A stretch of DNA of 58,364 nucleotides from a virus (lineage: Duplodnaviria > Caudoviricetes): positions 1 through 58,364 of the IMG/VR virus record IMGVR_UViG_3300025131_009806, one strand, 5' to 3'. Made by a program: the position numbers and the translations under genes. The notes below the pieces were generated by a model. It saw only the letters and a program-made list of their open reading frames with translations. It did not search any database and was not told the DNA's origin. This document shows positions 29,009 through 39,253 of the stretch, piece after piece (the stretch's first letter is position 1; every line of letters starts with the position of its first letter).

Positions 29009-29842
29009 GTGGATAAATTGTGTATAGGACTTTTAACTTATTGCAACAGTGATACACATCCAGAAAGATATGAGATATTTAAAATGTGCTTATCTAGTCT
29101 TAGGAATATAGCGTGTGAAAATGTTTATATCTATGCTTTAGATAATGGCTCGTCACAGAATGTGATTGATGACTTAAATAGTTCTTCATATATAGATGCT
29201 GTATATTTGTCAAGAAATAATTTATATGATTTTCTAGCGGTAAACTTTTTAGTGAAAAAAGCAAACAGCATAGATGCCAAGTATGTAATGCATCTAGAAG
29301 ATGATTTTTTATTTTATAAAGGTGATTTTTTAGATAGCTGCATTAATTTTTTGAAAAAAAATAATGACTGTGGGTATCTAAGAATACTAAAATATGACTT
29401 TAATAATAAGCTAGTATATGACAAGATAGGAAATCATAAGAATAAGGACATGCAGAATTGTCAACGACACTATAATAATATTTCTAAAGATCCACTAATG
29501 TGGTCAGAAAAGCAGCGAATAGCTTCGTTTGATTTTTATAAAACTAACTGGCACTGGTATAATTTTGCAAATATATGCAGACTGTCTGTATTTGAAAAGA
29601 TAGTACCACAATATGACTGTTATCCGCTTCAGCTGCTTGAATTAGAAATGATGAAAAATTATCATCGCTTAAGTCTATTATCTGGTGTAATGGATGTGGG
29701 TGTAGTAAGTCATATGGGAAGATTCAATAAAAAAACTTCAACAAGGTTGTCTTTTAGGAATGAGTCACCTCATGAACCTAAAAAAGAATTTCCGCTTTTA
29801 AAGATACAGGATATACTAGATGAAATAGAGTATCTCTTATGA
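29009..29842 (+). CDS. GT2-like glycosyltransferase
   Basis: IGLLTY, LDNGS, MHLEDDF, SHMG. Confidence 0.75.
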   Translation: MDKLCIGLLTYCNSDTHPERYEIFKMCLSSLRNIACENVYIYALDNGSSQNVIDDLNSSSYIDAVYLSRNNLYDFLAVNFLVKKANSIDAKYVMHLEDDFLFYKGDFLDSCINFLKKNNDCGYLRILKYDFNNKLVYDKIGNHKNKDMQNCQRHYNNISKDPLMWSEKQRIASFDFYKTNWHWYNFANICRLSVFEKIVPQYDCYPLQLLELEMMKNYHRLSLLSGVMDVGVVSHMGRFNKKTSTRLSFRNESPHEPKKEFPLLKIQDILDEIEYLL

Positions 29843-31911
29843 AAATATGGATGGCAGACTTAACGTATACTCAGCAAACACTTTCTTCAGATGTGTTTCC
29901 AGCTGCAGTTGCAGGAATGATTGAGTATGTGAAAAACTCACTTATTTTTGAAATAGATGCAAAAGTTTTTAAATTTCCAGAAAATTTATCTAAAGCATTA
30001 GATACTGATACACCAGATATAATTGGATTTTCAAACTATATCTGGAATTGTAATCTGGGCTTAAGTTTTGCAAAGATAATTAAGCAAACATATCCTGATA
30101 TTCCAATTGTGATGGGCGGTCCTAATTTTCCAGTGACAGCTGATCGCCAAGAAAGATTTTTAAAAGATAATCCCCAGATAGACTTTTATGTCTATAAGGA
30201 GGGAGAAGATGGCTGGCTCAAGATAATAGAATTACTTAATGAAAATATTAAAAGAGAAGATAGGATTTTAAAAATTCAAGAAAGGTCTTCTGAGCTAATA
30301 AATACATTATTTATTGACAAAGAAGATAATTTTGTTATCTCTCAAACAACTTCTAGGCTATCTAGTCTGGCACAAATGACATCACCCTATGTTAATGGCC
30401 GCTTAGATAAGTTCTTTGGAGGAAGATTATTACCGATCATTCAGACTAATAGGGGTTGTCCATTTACTTGTACATTTTGTACAGAGGGACAGTCATATTG
30501 GAGCAAAGTAAGAAAAAAATCTCAAGATGTCATTAACTCTGAAATTGAATATATTTCAAAAAAAATTAGTGAATTTCCTGATGATCAAAAAAGATATGAA
30601 CTTTATATTTCTGATTCTAATTTTGGAATGTTTAAAGAGGACTTAAGCACTTGCTTATTTATTTCTCAAATGCAAGAAAAGTATAGCTATCCAAAGTATA
30701 TTAATGTTACAACAGGTAAGAATAATAAGGAAAGAGTATTAGATGCTGCAAAACTAGTCAATGGTGCAATGCGAGTAAATGGATCTGTTCAAAGTCTAGA
30801 TGAAGAAGTTTTAATTAATATAAAAAGAAATAATATCTCTACAGATAAGCTACTTGATGTGGCAAAGCAAGCACAAAAGGTTAATTCTAATGTGACATCA
30901 GAGGTAATACTGGGATTACCCACAGACTCTAGAGAGAAGCATTTTGAAACATTAAGGAAATTAGTTGATAGTAGATTTAATACAATAGCAATGTATCAGT
31001 TGATGATGCTCCCCGGAACAGAAATGAATATTCTAGAATCTAGAGAAAAATTCAAGCTTGAGACAAAGTTTAGAGTTCTTCCAAGATGTTTTGGATATTT
31101 TAATGTGCTAGGGGAGGAAATAGTTTCAGCAGAAATAGAAGAGATAGCAGTTCAAAATTCCACTCTAAGCTTTCAGCATTACTTAGAATGCAGAAGGATG
31201 AATCTTATAATTAATATTTTTTATAATGAAGGAATTTTTGAGGAAGTAGTCAAGCTTTTAGAAAATCTAAATATTTCACCCTTTTTGTGGCTTGAGAAAA
31301 TATATGAAAATAGACAGATTGAGAGATTCAATGGGCTAATAGAACAATTTACTGATGAATCAGTAAGTGAATTATGGGAATCTAGGAAAGATCTTTCACT
31401 ATTTACCCATGATAAGGAAAATATCCAAAAATATATCTCAGGAGATTATGGTAATAATCTATTAGCAAAGTACAAAGTATTATCTCTAACACATTATTTA
31501 GATGTTATCTGTAAAGTAGCTGTGATGTCAATTAAAGATATAATAAGTGAAAGAGATGAAATAGACAGTGAAATAATTGATTTGATGTCTGAAATTATAA
31601 GATTTAAATCGCTTCGTATTTCTAACATATTTGATTTGAGCTTTGATGAGTGCAGGGATGAATTTAAATATGATATAATGAATGATTCATTAAAGATATC
31701 AGAAGATGCAGATGAGAAGTTTAATGTCAAAAATATAAAATATGATAATGCTGTATTGTTTTCTTTTACACTAAATAAAGAGCAGAAGTCAATGATTAAA
31801 AGCTATGTTGATCTATTTGGAAATGATCTTGCTGGACTTTCAAAGATACTTTCTCGCGTGTATCTCAGACAATTTTTTAGAGATGTAAGCATACTATCGA
31901 GGGATACATGA
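29839..31911 (+). CDS. Cobalamin-binding radical SAM enzyme (class B methylase-like)
   Basis: B12 domain (DIIGFSNYIWN, VMGGPN, EGE) plus TNRGCPFTCTFC, DSNFG, ILGLP. Confidence 0.9.
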   Translation: MKIWMADLTYTQQTLSSDVFPAAVAGMIEYVKNSLIFEIDAKVFKFPENLSKALDTDTPDIIGFSNYIWNCNLGLSFAKIIKQTYPDIPIVMGGPNFPVTADRQERFLKDNPQIDFYVYKEGEDGWLKIIELLNENIKREDRILKIQERSSELINTLFIDKEDNFVISQTTSRLSSLAQMTSPYVNGRLDKFFGGRLLPIIQTNRGCPFTCTFCTEGQSYWSKVRKKSQDVINSEIEYISKKISEFPDDQKRYELYISDSNFGMFKEDLSTCLFISQMQEKYSYPKYINVTTGKNNKERVLDAAKLVNGAMRVNGSVQSLDEEVLINIKRNNISTDKLLDVAKQAQKVNSNVTSEVILGLPTDSREKHFETLRKLVDSRFNTIAMYQLMMLPGTEMNILESREKFKLETKFRVLPRCFGYFNVLGEEIVSAEIEEIAVQNSTLSFQHYLECRRMNLIINIFYNEGIFEEVVKLLENLNISPFLWLEKIYENRQIERFNGLIEQFTDESVSELWESRKDLSLFTHDKENIQKYISGDYGNNLLAKYKVLSLTHYLDVICKVAVMSIKDIISERDEIDSEIIDLMSEIIRFKSLRISNIFDLSFDECRDEFKYDIMNDSLKISEDADEKFNVKNIKYDNAVLFSFTLNKEQKSMIKSYVDLFGNDLAGLSKILSRVYLRQFFRDVSILSRDT

Positions 31912-32495
31912 ACTCACTAGAGATAATCAATAATCTATATAAGGGAGTAAAGTCTTCATACTCAGAAAATGACTTGGGTATTTCAATATACAACTATGTC
32001 ATAAGCACAAAGCCAGAAATAGTAGTAGAGTTAGGAACACTTCACGGATATTCAGCTATTTGTATAGGCCTAGCCCTTAGAGACAACGGCTTCGGAAAAT
32101 TAACCTGTTATGATCTGTGGGAGGATTATGAATTCACACATACAACTATGAATAGCACAATGGAAACTATAAGAAGACATGGCTTAGATGACATTATATC
32201 ATTAAATAAGAGCAGTGCATTTAGATGGTGTGAAAAGGTTGAAAAATTTGATCTTCTTCATGTAGACATATCAAATGATGGAGAAAAGATTAAAAAAATA
32301 TTTAACCTTTTATCTTCTAGGGTAAGGGAGGGATCAGAGATATTATTTGAAGGAGGGACAAGAGAGAGAGATGAAAATAGCTGGATTAATACTTTTGGTT
32401 TCATGCCTATAGAATCTGTTAGGGAAGAGACAGGATATCATGTTTTAGATGAGAGGTGGCCCGGTCTTTCATTAATTTCAATAAGGAATAAATAA
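31908..32495 (+). CDS. Class I SAM methyltransferase (Methyltransf_24-like)
   Basis: VVELGTLHGYSA, CYDLW, FDLLHVD. Confidence 0.82.
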   Translation: MNSLEIINNLYKGVKSSYSENDLGISIYNYVISTKPEIVVELGTLHGYSAICIGLALRDNGFGKLTCYDLWEDYEFTHTTMNSTMETIRRHGLDDIISLNKSSAFRWCEKVEKFDLLHVDISNDGEKIKKIFNLLSSRVREGSEILFEGGTRERDENSWINTFGFMPIESVREETGYHVLDERWPGLSLISIRNK

Positions 32496-33409
32496 TGAAA
32501 GGAATAATACTTGCTGCCGGGTCCGGATCACGACTTTTTCCCATAACACATTCTTCCTCAAAGGCATTATTGCCAGTGTATAATAAGCCAATGATTTACT
32601 ATCCGTTGTCTACACTAATGCTAGCAGGAATTACTGATATATTGATTATTTGCTCTGATAGATTTTTAGAACTATATAAAAATCTTTTAGGCGACGGCAC
32701 TAGTTTTGGGATATCAATAAAATATGATGTACAAGAAAAGCCAGACGGAATTGCTCAGGCACTTCAGATCGGAAAAGACTTTATAGGAGATGATAGTGTA
32801 TGCTTGATTCTTGGTGATAATTTATTTTATGGTCATGCATTACCTGAGCTCCTGGTGGGTGCGAAAAGAAAAATTGAAATATCTGGTGGAGCCATGGTTT
32901 TTGGCTATTACGTTTCTGATCCTACAAAATATGGTGTTGCAGAAATAGTTAAAGAAAATATAGTTGGATTAGTTGAAAAACCAAGCATTCCAAAGTCTAA
33001 CTGGGCTGTGACTGGCCTCTATATGTATGATAATTTAGCTGTAGATATCGTAAATTCTATAAAGCCCTCTAAACGGGGAGAGCTAGAGATCACAGATGTA
33101 AACATCGTATACTTGAATAATGATAGTTTATCAATAACAACTATGGGAAGAGGCTTTACGTGGTTTGACACAGGAAATTCAGAGGATCTTTTTTGCGCGT
33201 CATCATTTGTTAGAATGGTTGAAAATAGACAGAGCTTAAAGATCGCATGTCTAGAAGAGATAGCATACTATATGGGATATATTGACAGAAAAGAGCTTGC
33301 CATACTAGCAAAAGGCTTATCTAATACTTCTTATGGGCAATATTTACAACAATTAGTTGAGTATGAAAATAAAACAAAAGAGGATATTTTTAGATATGAG
33401 CAAAGATAA
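32495..33409 (+). CDS. rmlA: Glucose-1-phosphate thymidylyltransferase
   Basis: GIILAAGSGSRLFP, LLPVYNKPMIYYPLS, LILGDNLFYG, EKP, RGELEITD, WFDTG. Confidence 0.96.
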   Translation: MKGIILAAGSGSRLFPITHSSSKALLPVYNKPMIYYPLSTLMLAGITDILIICSDRFLELYKNLLGDGTSFGISIKYDVQEKPDGIAQALQIGKDFIGDDSVCLILGDNLFYGHALPELLVGAKRKIEISGGAMVFGYYVSDPTKYGVAEIVKENIVGLVEKPSIPKSNWAVTGLYMYDNLAVDIVNSIKPSKRGELEITDVNIVYLNNDSLSITTMGRGFTWFDTGNSEDLFCASSFVRMVENRQSLKIACLEEIAYYMGYIDRKELAILAKGLSNTSYGQYLQQLVEYENKTKEDIFRYEQR

Positions 33410-34244
33410 ACTTACAGTTGGTATAATAGGCCAGGGCTTTGTAGGCTCATCAATCTATGAAGGGTTGAAGAATTTTTATGAGATTCTGACTTATGACATC
33501 GATAAAACAAAGTGCAATAGTTCCCACGCAGAAGTGTGTAAAGAGTCAGATATAATTTTTGTATGCATACCCACACCCATGAGGCTATCCGGTGAGTGTG
33601 ATACCAGACTACTTGAGAGCGTTGTAGACAAACTTCAGAAAGAATGTATCTCTTCGGGAGCATTTCCAACGATAGTAATAAAATCGACAGTTCCTCCTGG
33701 TACAACAACAAGAATACATAATAAGGGGCATCTTGACGTGTGTTTCAGCCCAGAATTTTTGACAGAAGCAAATTCATTTGAAGACTTTAGGAATCAAGAT
33801 CGTATTATTATCGGTGGTACTGGAGCTAAGAAAGTCAAAAGGATGTTCCGTAAACCATTTCCCGGGATACCGATTGTTGTAACTAAGTCTGAGACAGCTG
33901 AGATGATTAAGTACTTTACAAATTGCTTTCTTGCAACCAAGGTAACATTTGCAAATGAACTATATGATATATGTCAGTCTTCAGGTGTCGATTATGATAA
34001 GGTATGTGAATATGCTCTTTATGATATGAGAATAGGAAAAAGTCATCTTGCAGTACCGGGACCAGACGGAGATAGAGGGTTTGGCGGTCACTGCTTTCCA
34101 AAAGATCTAGCAGCAATGATTTATTTTTCAGAAACAAATGATTGTGAAGCTTCACTATTAAGGGAGGTTTTTGATAAAAATAATAAGATAAGAGAAAACA
34201 GAGACTGGGAAAGAATGAAAGGCAGGGCTGTAAGTGATGATTAA
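33396..34244 (+). CDS. UDP-glucose/GDP-mannose dehydrogenase family, lacking the C-terminal domain
   Basis: GIIGQGFVG, CIPTP, IKSTVPPGTT, SPEFL, AEMIKY, GFGGHCFPKD; about 282 aa from the ATG at 33396. Confidence 0.88.
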   Translation: MSKDKLTVGIIGQGFVGSSIYEGLKNFYEILTYDIDKTKCNSSHAEVCKESDIIFVCIPTPMRLSGECDTRLLESVVDKLQKECISSGAFPTIVIKSTVPPGTTTRIHNKGHLDVCFSPEFLTEANSFEDFRNQDRIIIGGTGAKKVKRMFRKPFPGIPIVVTKSETAEMIKYFTNCFLATKVTFANELYDICQSSGVDYDKVCEYALYDMRIGKSHLAVPGPDGDRGFGGHCFPKDLAAMIYFSETNDCEASLLREVFDKNNKIRENRDWERMKGRAVSDD

Positions 34245-35079
34245 AGATATTTCTGAAAAAACTAAACAAAAGCTTAGAAAGAGCTATATTGATCGTTATA
34301 TAGAAGAATTCAATAATGATAATTGGGCCGGGTATAGAGATAAAGGAGGTAAAAGAAAAAGATTTCAAATTCAAGAAAAGTTAATACAGTTTATTGGAAA
34401 TAAGAAGGTTTTTATCCCAATAGAAAGTGAATATTACCTAAACTTACAAGAGTCTCGGGGAATTGGCATAACCAAAGATACAACCATTGACAAGATAATA
34501 GATGAATCTATGAAATCGATAAATGAACTCATCGAGAGTGATATAGTAAGATTAGATGAATTAGATAAGCTCATAAGAGAATTATCCGCCAGTCAGCCCA
34601 GAAAGAATTTTTTAGAAATAGGCTTTAGAATACCAAAAATTCAATCTTACTATAAGAATACATTTGAAATGGAAGCATATGGAGTCGATATAAACACTTT
34701 TAATGTAGATCTTTTTTCAGAGATGGGCTTTAATTGTTTTTCACTTGACCTAATGAAAAATGAAAGCATTAGTGAGAAGCTTAATAAAAAATTTGATGTA
34801 GTCGTCTGTTACCATGTTTTAGAGCACATCACAAATCCAGATGAGGCTGTTAAAAATATTTTTGATAGTATGAACTCTAATGGAATTTTTCATGTAGAGG
34901 TTCCAATTGAACCAGGGCAGCCAAGACTAGAATATGGTCATCTCATCTCATATGATCCCTATGATATGTCTAATCTATTGTCAGGAGTTGGATTCAAGAT
35001 AGTTCATGCAACTAATAAGACACACTCCGATGGACCATGGATAGAAAGATATATTGCTATAAAGCCTTTTGGATTGTAA
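34234..35079 (+). CDS. Class I SAM methyltransferase
   Basis: FLEIG, YGVDIN, FDVVVCYHVLEHI.NP, VEVP. Confidence 0.8.
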   Translation: MMIKDISEKTKQKLRKSYIDRYIEEFNNDNWAGYRDKGGKRKRFQIQEKLIQFIGNKKVFIPIESEYYLNLQESRGIGITKDTTIDKIIDESMKSINELIESDIVRLDELDKLIRELSASQPRKNFLEIGFRIPKIQSYYKNTFEMEAYGVDINTFNVDLFSEMGFNCFSLDLMKNESISEKLNKKFDVVVCYHVLEHITNPDEAVKNIFDSMNSNGIFHVEVPIEPGQPRLEYGHLISYDPYDMSNLLSGVGFKIVHATNKTHSDGPWIERYIAIKPFGL

Positions 35080-35107
35080 TGTATGCGCTGTATTTGATAT
35101 AATTAAT
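35075..35107 (+). promoter_or_regulatory. Putative promoter overlapping an ATAATTAAT motif
   Basis: TGTAAT-N17-TATAAT; 35093-35107 (TTTGATATAATTAAT) is identical to 46064-46078. Confidence 0.55.
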
Positions 35108-35130
35108 ATATTCATATTTAAGACCTTAAA

Positions 35131-36153
35131 ATGACTCATTCACCTATTAAAAATTCCAAAATTCTTATATTTGGGGGAACCGGCTCTCTTGGAAAGGTTC
35201 TCATCAAGAAATATATTGATAATAATTCTGTATGTGTGTATTCTAGAGATGAGTCTAAGCATTGGACCATAAGAAATGAGATGTCGCATGATAATCTATC
35301 ATTTATCATAGGTGACATAAGAGATAAACAGAGATGTAAAGATGCGATACTTCAATTTAAGCCAAAACACATAATATTGGCTTCTGCTCTCAAACATGTT
35401 GATGTTTGTGAGATATCTCCTGAAGAGAGTATAAAGACAAATATCGAAGGGATATCTAATGTTATAAGTGTTATCAAAGATAATTTTAGAATTTTAGAGA
35501 ATTTAAAAACTGTCTTGATGGTGAGCACAGACAAGGCATGCTCTCCTATTAATGTATATGGAATGTGTAAATCAATTGCAGAAAGAGTTGTGACATCTGC
35601 TGCTGAGCTGTCTATTCCAGTAAAATTTATCGCAGTAAGATACGGAAATGTTCTAGAGTCTAGAGGGAGCATAATACCACTGTTTAAGTATCAATCAGAA
35701 AATTGTAACGAAATTACTGTTACAGATAGAAGAATGACACGATTCGTTATGACACTTGATGAGAGTGCTAGACTAATTGATGCAACGATACAAAATGGAG
35801 ATTCGGGACAGACATGGGTGCCAAGGCTTCCTGCAATGAAAGTATTAGATCTAGCAGAAATATATTCAGAAATGTCAGGTAAGCCCATAAAGATAATTGG
35901 AATGCGCCCTGGTGAAAAGCTTCATGAAGACCTAATCAATATTTCTGAGTCGATGAGAACAAGACAGATTGAAAAATACTTTGCAATTAGCTCTTCTTTT
36001 ACGACGCCTTTTCAAAGTGATGACTATGTTATGAAAAGTAATATGAACCTAATGACAAAAGAAGGGCTAAGAAATCACTTAGAGTCACTAGATATCTTGC
36101 ACAAGCCTCTTTCACAATTTTTAGGAAAGTCTATTGAGGAGTTAAAAAAATAA
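35131..36153 (+). CDS. UDP-GlcNAc 4,6-dehydratase (PseB/FnlA/CapD, Polysacc_synt_2 family)
   Basis: GGTGSLG, YSRDESK, GDIRD, ALKHV, STDKAC.P.NVYGMCK, VRYGNVLESRGS, MTRF, RPGEKLHE. Confidence 0.92.
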   Translation: MTHSPIKNSKILIFGGTGSLGKVLIKKYIDNNSVCVYSRDESKHWTIRNEMSHDNLSFIIGDIRDKQRCKDAILQFKPKHIILASALKHVDVCEISPEESIKTNIEGISNVISVIKDNFRILENLKTVLMVSTDKACSPINVYGMCKSIAERVVTSAAELSIPVKFIAVRYGNVLESRGSIIPLFKYQSENCNEITVTDRRMTRFVMTLDESARLIDATIQNGDSGQTWVPRLPAMKVLDLAEIYSEMSGKPIKIIGMRPGEKLHEDLINISESMRTRQIEKYFAISSSFTTPFQSDDYVMKSNMNLMTKEGLRNHLESLDILHKPLSQFLGKSIEELKK

Positions 36154-36174
36154 AGCGGAAGTTATGGAATAATT

Positions 36175-36987
36175 GTGATGAAAATAATGATTGTTGGAAG
36201 CACGGGAATGCTTGGAAATGCCGTTGGTAGTTACTTTTTAAATAATTGTTTTGACGTAACACTAACATATAGAAAAGAAAATCTCAAATACGGTAAAAAT
36301 AATATCAAATTTGATATTTTATATGATGACATCGAAAATCTATTTAGTGAACCGCATGATTATTATATTAATTGTGCAGGATCGATTAAGCAAAAAATCA
36401 TCAAAGAGAACAAGGAAGACATATTAATTAACGCCATATTTCCGTGGAAGCTTTCAGAGATGTGTGAAAAATTTGGAAGCAGATTAATACACATAACAAC
36501 TGACTGTGTTTTTTCAGGTCAAAATGGAAAATATATAGAAGAAGATATTCATGACTGTTTAGATTTTTATGGAAGGACTAAATCATTAGGAGAGCCAACA
36601 AACGCTATGGTGCTTAGGACAAGCATCATTGGTGAAGAGCTCGAGGGCAGTTCTAGCCTTATAGAATGGGCAAAATCAAATTCTAGACAGAAGGTAAGGG
36701 GATTCACAAATCACATGTGGAATGGTATAACTACATCACAATATGCTAAAATTTGTCGAACTATCATAGAAGACGATAGCTATCAAAAAAATAAGTTTCA
36801 TATTTTTTCTCCAGGAGATGTTTCTAAGTATAGTTTATTGAAGATGATAAATAATAAATTTAATCTAGACTTAGATATTCAGCCCTTTAGAGCACAAACA
36901 AGTGTAGATAGAACACTTAGGTCAAATAAGAGTCTTGTTGAAAAATTAAAAATAGATCCAATAGACATTCAGTTAAGGGATTTTTAA
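36175..36987 (+). CDS. RmlD-family reductase (QnlA-like)
   Basis: GSTGMLG, INCAG, HITTDCVFSG, YGRTKSLGE, RTSIIG. Confidence 0.88.
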   Translation: MMKIMIVGSTGMLGNAVGSYFLNNCFDVTLTYRKENLKYGKNNIKFDILYDDIENLFSEPHDYYINCAGSIKQKIIKENKEDILINAIFPWKLSEMCEKFGSRLIHITTDCVFSGQNGKYIEEDIHDCLDFYGRTKSLGEPTNAMVLRTSIIGEELEGSSSLIEWAKSNSRQKVRGFTNHMWNGITTSQYAKICRTIIEDDSYQKNKFHIFSPGDVSKYSLLKMINNKFNLDLDIQPFRAQTSVDRTLRSNKSLVEKLKIDPIDIQLRDF

Positions 36988-37038
36988 TAATGGCTAGAGG
37001 AAAGACGATAAATTGAATTTTTTATTGTGTGTGCATAA

Positions 37039-37674
37039 ATGATTAACAAGATTATAATTTCTCCTCATGTAGATGATGAAGTTTTGGGCTGCGGGGGAGT
37101 AATTGATGATAAAACACTAGTTCTTCATTGCGGTCTAGCGAAGTTGCAGAATCATGGAAATAGTATTTTTTCTAAAGAGGCGAGATTAAAAGAGTTTGAA
37201 AAAATTAAGATAGAGACTGGATGTAGTTCTATTCTTTTAGATAATGCTGTTAATCAATATTGTGCAGCTGACTTGATTTCTGACATAGAGAAAGTACTTA
37301 ATGAGTATAAGCCTAGGACTGTGTTTATTCCAACACCATCATATAATCAAGACCACAAGGAGGTATACAAAGCGTCAATCATTGCATTAAGACCGCATGA
37401 CATCAATTACTTTGTGTCGAGAGTATTGATGTATGAGCAACCTCAAGATTTGTGGGCAGGAGTGGATGATCAATTCAATCCTAGCTTTTTTGTCAGGATT
37501 GATATTGATAGAAAGCTGAGACTCTATTCACTTCTTGAGTCTCAAGTTCGGGATCATAGAAGCATAGACCTCTTAAGGAATATTGCTGCTATAAGAGGAA
37601 GTCAATCATGCTGTGAATATGCAGAGGCATTTCAAGTAATAAGGTGGGTAGCATATTCAGGTGATGAGATATAA
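37039..37674 (+). CDS. PIG-L/LmbE-family N-deacetylase
   Basis: SPHVDDEVLGCGG, R.KE, NQDH, YAEAF. Confidence 0.88.
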   Translation: MINKIIISPHVDDEVLGCGGVIDDKTLVLHCGLAKLQNHGNSIFSKEARLKEFEKIKIETGCSSILLDNAVNQYCAADLISDIEKVLNEYKPRTVFIPTPSYNQDHKEVYKASIIALRPHDINYFVSRVLMYEQPQDLWAGVDDQFNPSFFVRIDIDRKLRLYSLLESQVRDHRSIDLLRNIAAIRGSQSCCEYAEAFQVIRWVAYSGDEI

Positions 37675-37699
37675 ACATCAAAATAAGTAAGAATATAAT
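37670..37699 (+). promoter_or_regulatory. Putative promoter
   Basis: TATAAA-N18-TATAAT. Confidence 0.4.
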
Positions 37700-37704
37700 A
37701 GAGC

Positions 37705-38490
37705 ATGAGATACAATAAAAGTATGAGGGGATGTATAGTAATTCCCGTTTTTTTTGGGTACAGATCAAGACGACCTGATAATCATTTTAAAAATATCGAT
37801 AGCGTGGTAGAGCTGACAAAATATCTCATAGCGCATTATCGTCAATTAGATACAGGAATTCACACAGATATTATTTTTGTCAATAACTCACCCGATGAAC
37901 CAATTGCAAATTCGTTATTTGCATCAATCAATAACACTCCTGTTATAAATGGCATATTTAAAGTGATCGATGGTGACAATATTGGAATGTCATTTGGAGC
38001 CTATAACAAGGCATTCCAGGCATTTCAAAACGATTATGACATCTGGTGTTTTACAGAAGATGATACAATTTATAGCTTGCCAAATTTTCTTAATGGTGTA
38101 ATCAAACAGTTTGAAAGTGATTCATCTCTAGGCTTTGCAGCTCTAATTGGTGTCGGAAGTGAGAATAATCTAAATTCGGCTCATTCTCATGGAGGCTGCG
38201 GCGTGACAACACGAGAAAAATTATCAGAGGTGTTCGATAAGCTGGGTGAGCTACCTCACGGTCATGAGATTCCCACTTTAGAGGCAGATAAATATGACCA
38301 TGCACACTTTAAAAAAATTCACATGATCGGTGGTGAGGTTGCTTTTACTAATTGTTATTGTCAGCTAGGATATAAAATAGCCAAAATGAACTGTCCAGAT
38401 AAGCCCTATACAAGATGGCATCACGATTATCAGGAATTAGACATCGAATCATGGGGCTCTTATAGCTATATAAAAAAGGTAATTTCATGA
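37705..38490 (+). CDS. Putative GT-A fold glycosyltransferase
   Basis: IIFVNN, DNIGMSFGAYN, WCFTEDD, GGEVAFTN. Confidence 0.6.
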   Translation: MRYNKSMRGCIVIPVFFGYRSRRPDNHFKNIDSVVELTKYLIAHYRQLDTGIHTDIIFVNNSPDEPIANSLFASINNTPVINGIFKVIDGDNIGMSFGAYNKAFQAFQNDYDIWCFTEDDTIYSLPNFLNGVIKQFESDSSLGFAALIGVGSENNLNSAHSHGGCGVTTREKLSEVFDKLGELPHGHEIPTLEADKYDHAHFKKIHMIGGEVAFTNCYCQLGYKIAKMNCPDKPYTRWHHDYQELDIESWGSYSYIKKVIS

Positions 38491-39242
38491 AAAAGAAACA
38501 TATATTTATTGGAGGACACCATAATAGTTGTACCACAATAGTACGTAAGCTCATTCTTTGCAAAGATTACATGGAAGCCGATAGATATCCTGACTATATG
38601 GGAAAATATTTTCATAGTGAATTTTTTAAACGATGGCATGCTAAGAAAGATAATTTTGAATTTTTTGAAAATAAAGTTCGAAGAGACACAGGTGGCCTCG
38701 AATACTGGGTTATCAAGCACAACCACTTGATGTTGATGATACCTGAGCTTAAAAAGGCATTTCCAGGCTCAGTATTTATAATGTGTATCAGAAATCCAAT
38801 TGATCAATTACGAAAACCACAAATGAATTATGAGTGGTACGGAAATGCTAGAAGTTGGGATCCACCGCTTGTAGAAAAATTTGGACTCTATGGGGAGTGG
38901 GTAGATGAGGGAATAAAAAATGCTGACCATATTATTCGACTTGAAGATCTCTTATTTGATACAAAAGATACAATTAAAAAGCTATATCAATTTTTAAAAT
39001 GTGATGATAGAGTAGATGATGATATTTTACAAATGATTCTTCCTCCATCCTCAACTGTTTTAGATGGGCATAGACCCGCTAAGAGCACTGGGAGTGACCC
39101 ATTAAGCATCCTAAAGGTCACTGAGGCAGAATTAGATAATTACATTATAGATTCGTCTGGGACAATACTGCGTGATGCACTCAAAGAGTATTGTATCCGT
39201 TTAGGCTATGATATGCCCGAATACTTGAAAAGAAAAAAATAA
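38487..39242 (+). CDS. Sulfotransferase-like (P-loop/PAPS fold) protein
   Basis: IFIGGHHNSCTT (5'-PSB-like), WVIK, FPGSVFIMCIRNPID (3'-PB-like), IRLEDL. Confidence 0.68.
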   Translation: MKKKHIFIGGHHNSCTTIVRKLILCKDYMEADRYPDYMGKYFHSEFFKRWHAKKDNFEFFENKVRRDTGGLEYWVIKHNHLMLMIPELKKAFPGSVFIMCIRNPIDQLRKPQMNYEWYGNARSWDPPLVEKFGLYGEWVDEGIKNADHIIRLEDLLFDTKDTIKKLYQFLKCDDRVDDDILQMILPPSSTVLDGHRPAKSTGSDPLSILKVTEAELDNYIIDSSGTILRDALKEYCIRLGYDMPEYLKRKK

Positions 39243-39253
39243 ATGAAAGCATG

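Noticed and set aside
6344-39242. Ordinary bacterial O-antigen or capsule locus
   Set aside because: No export, polymerase or initiating transferase genes, and both flanks are phage structural genes on the same strand.
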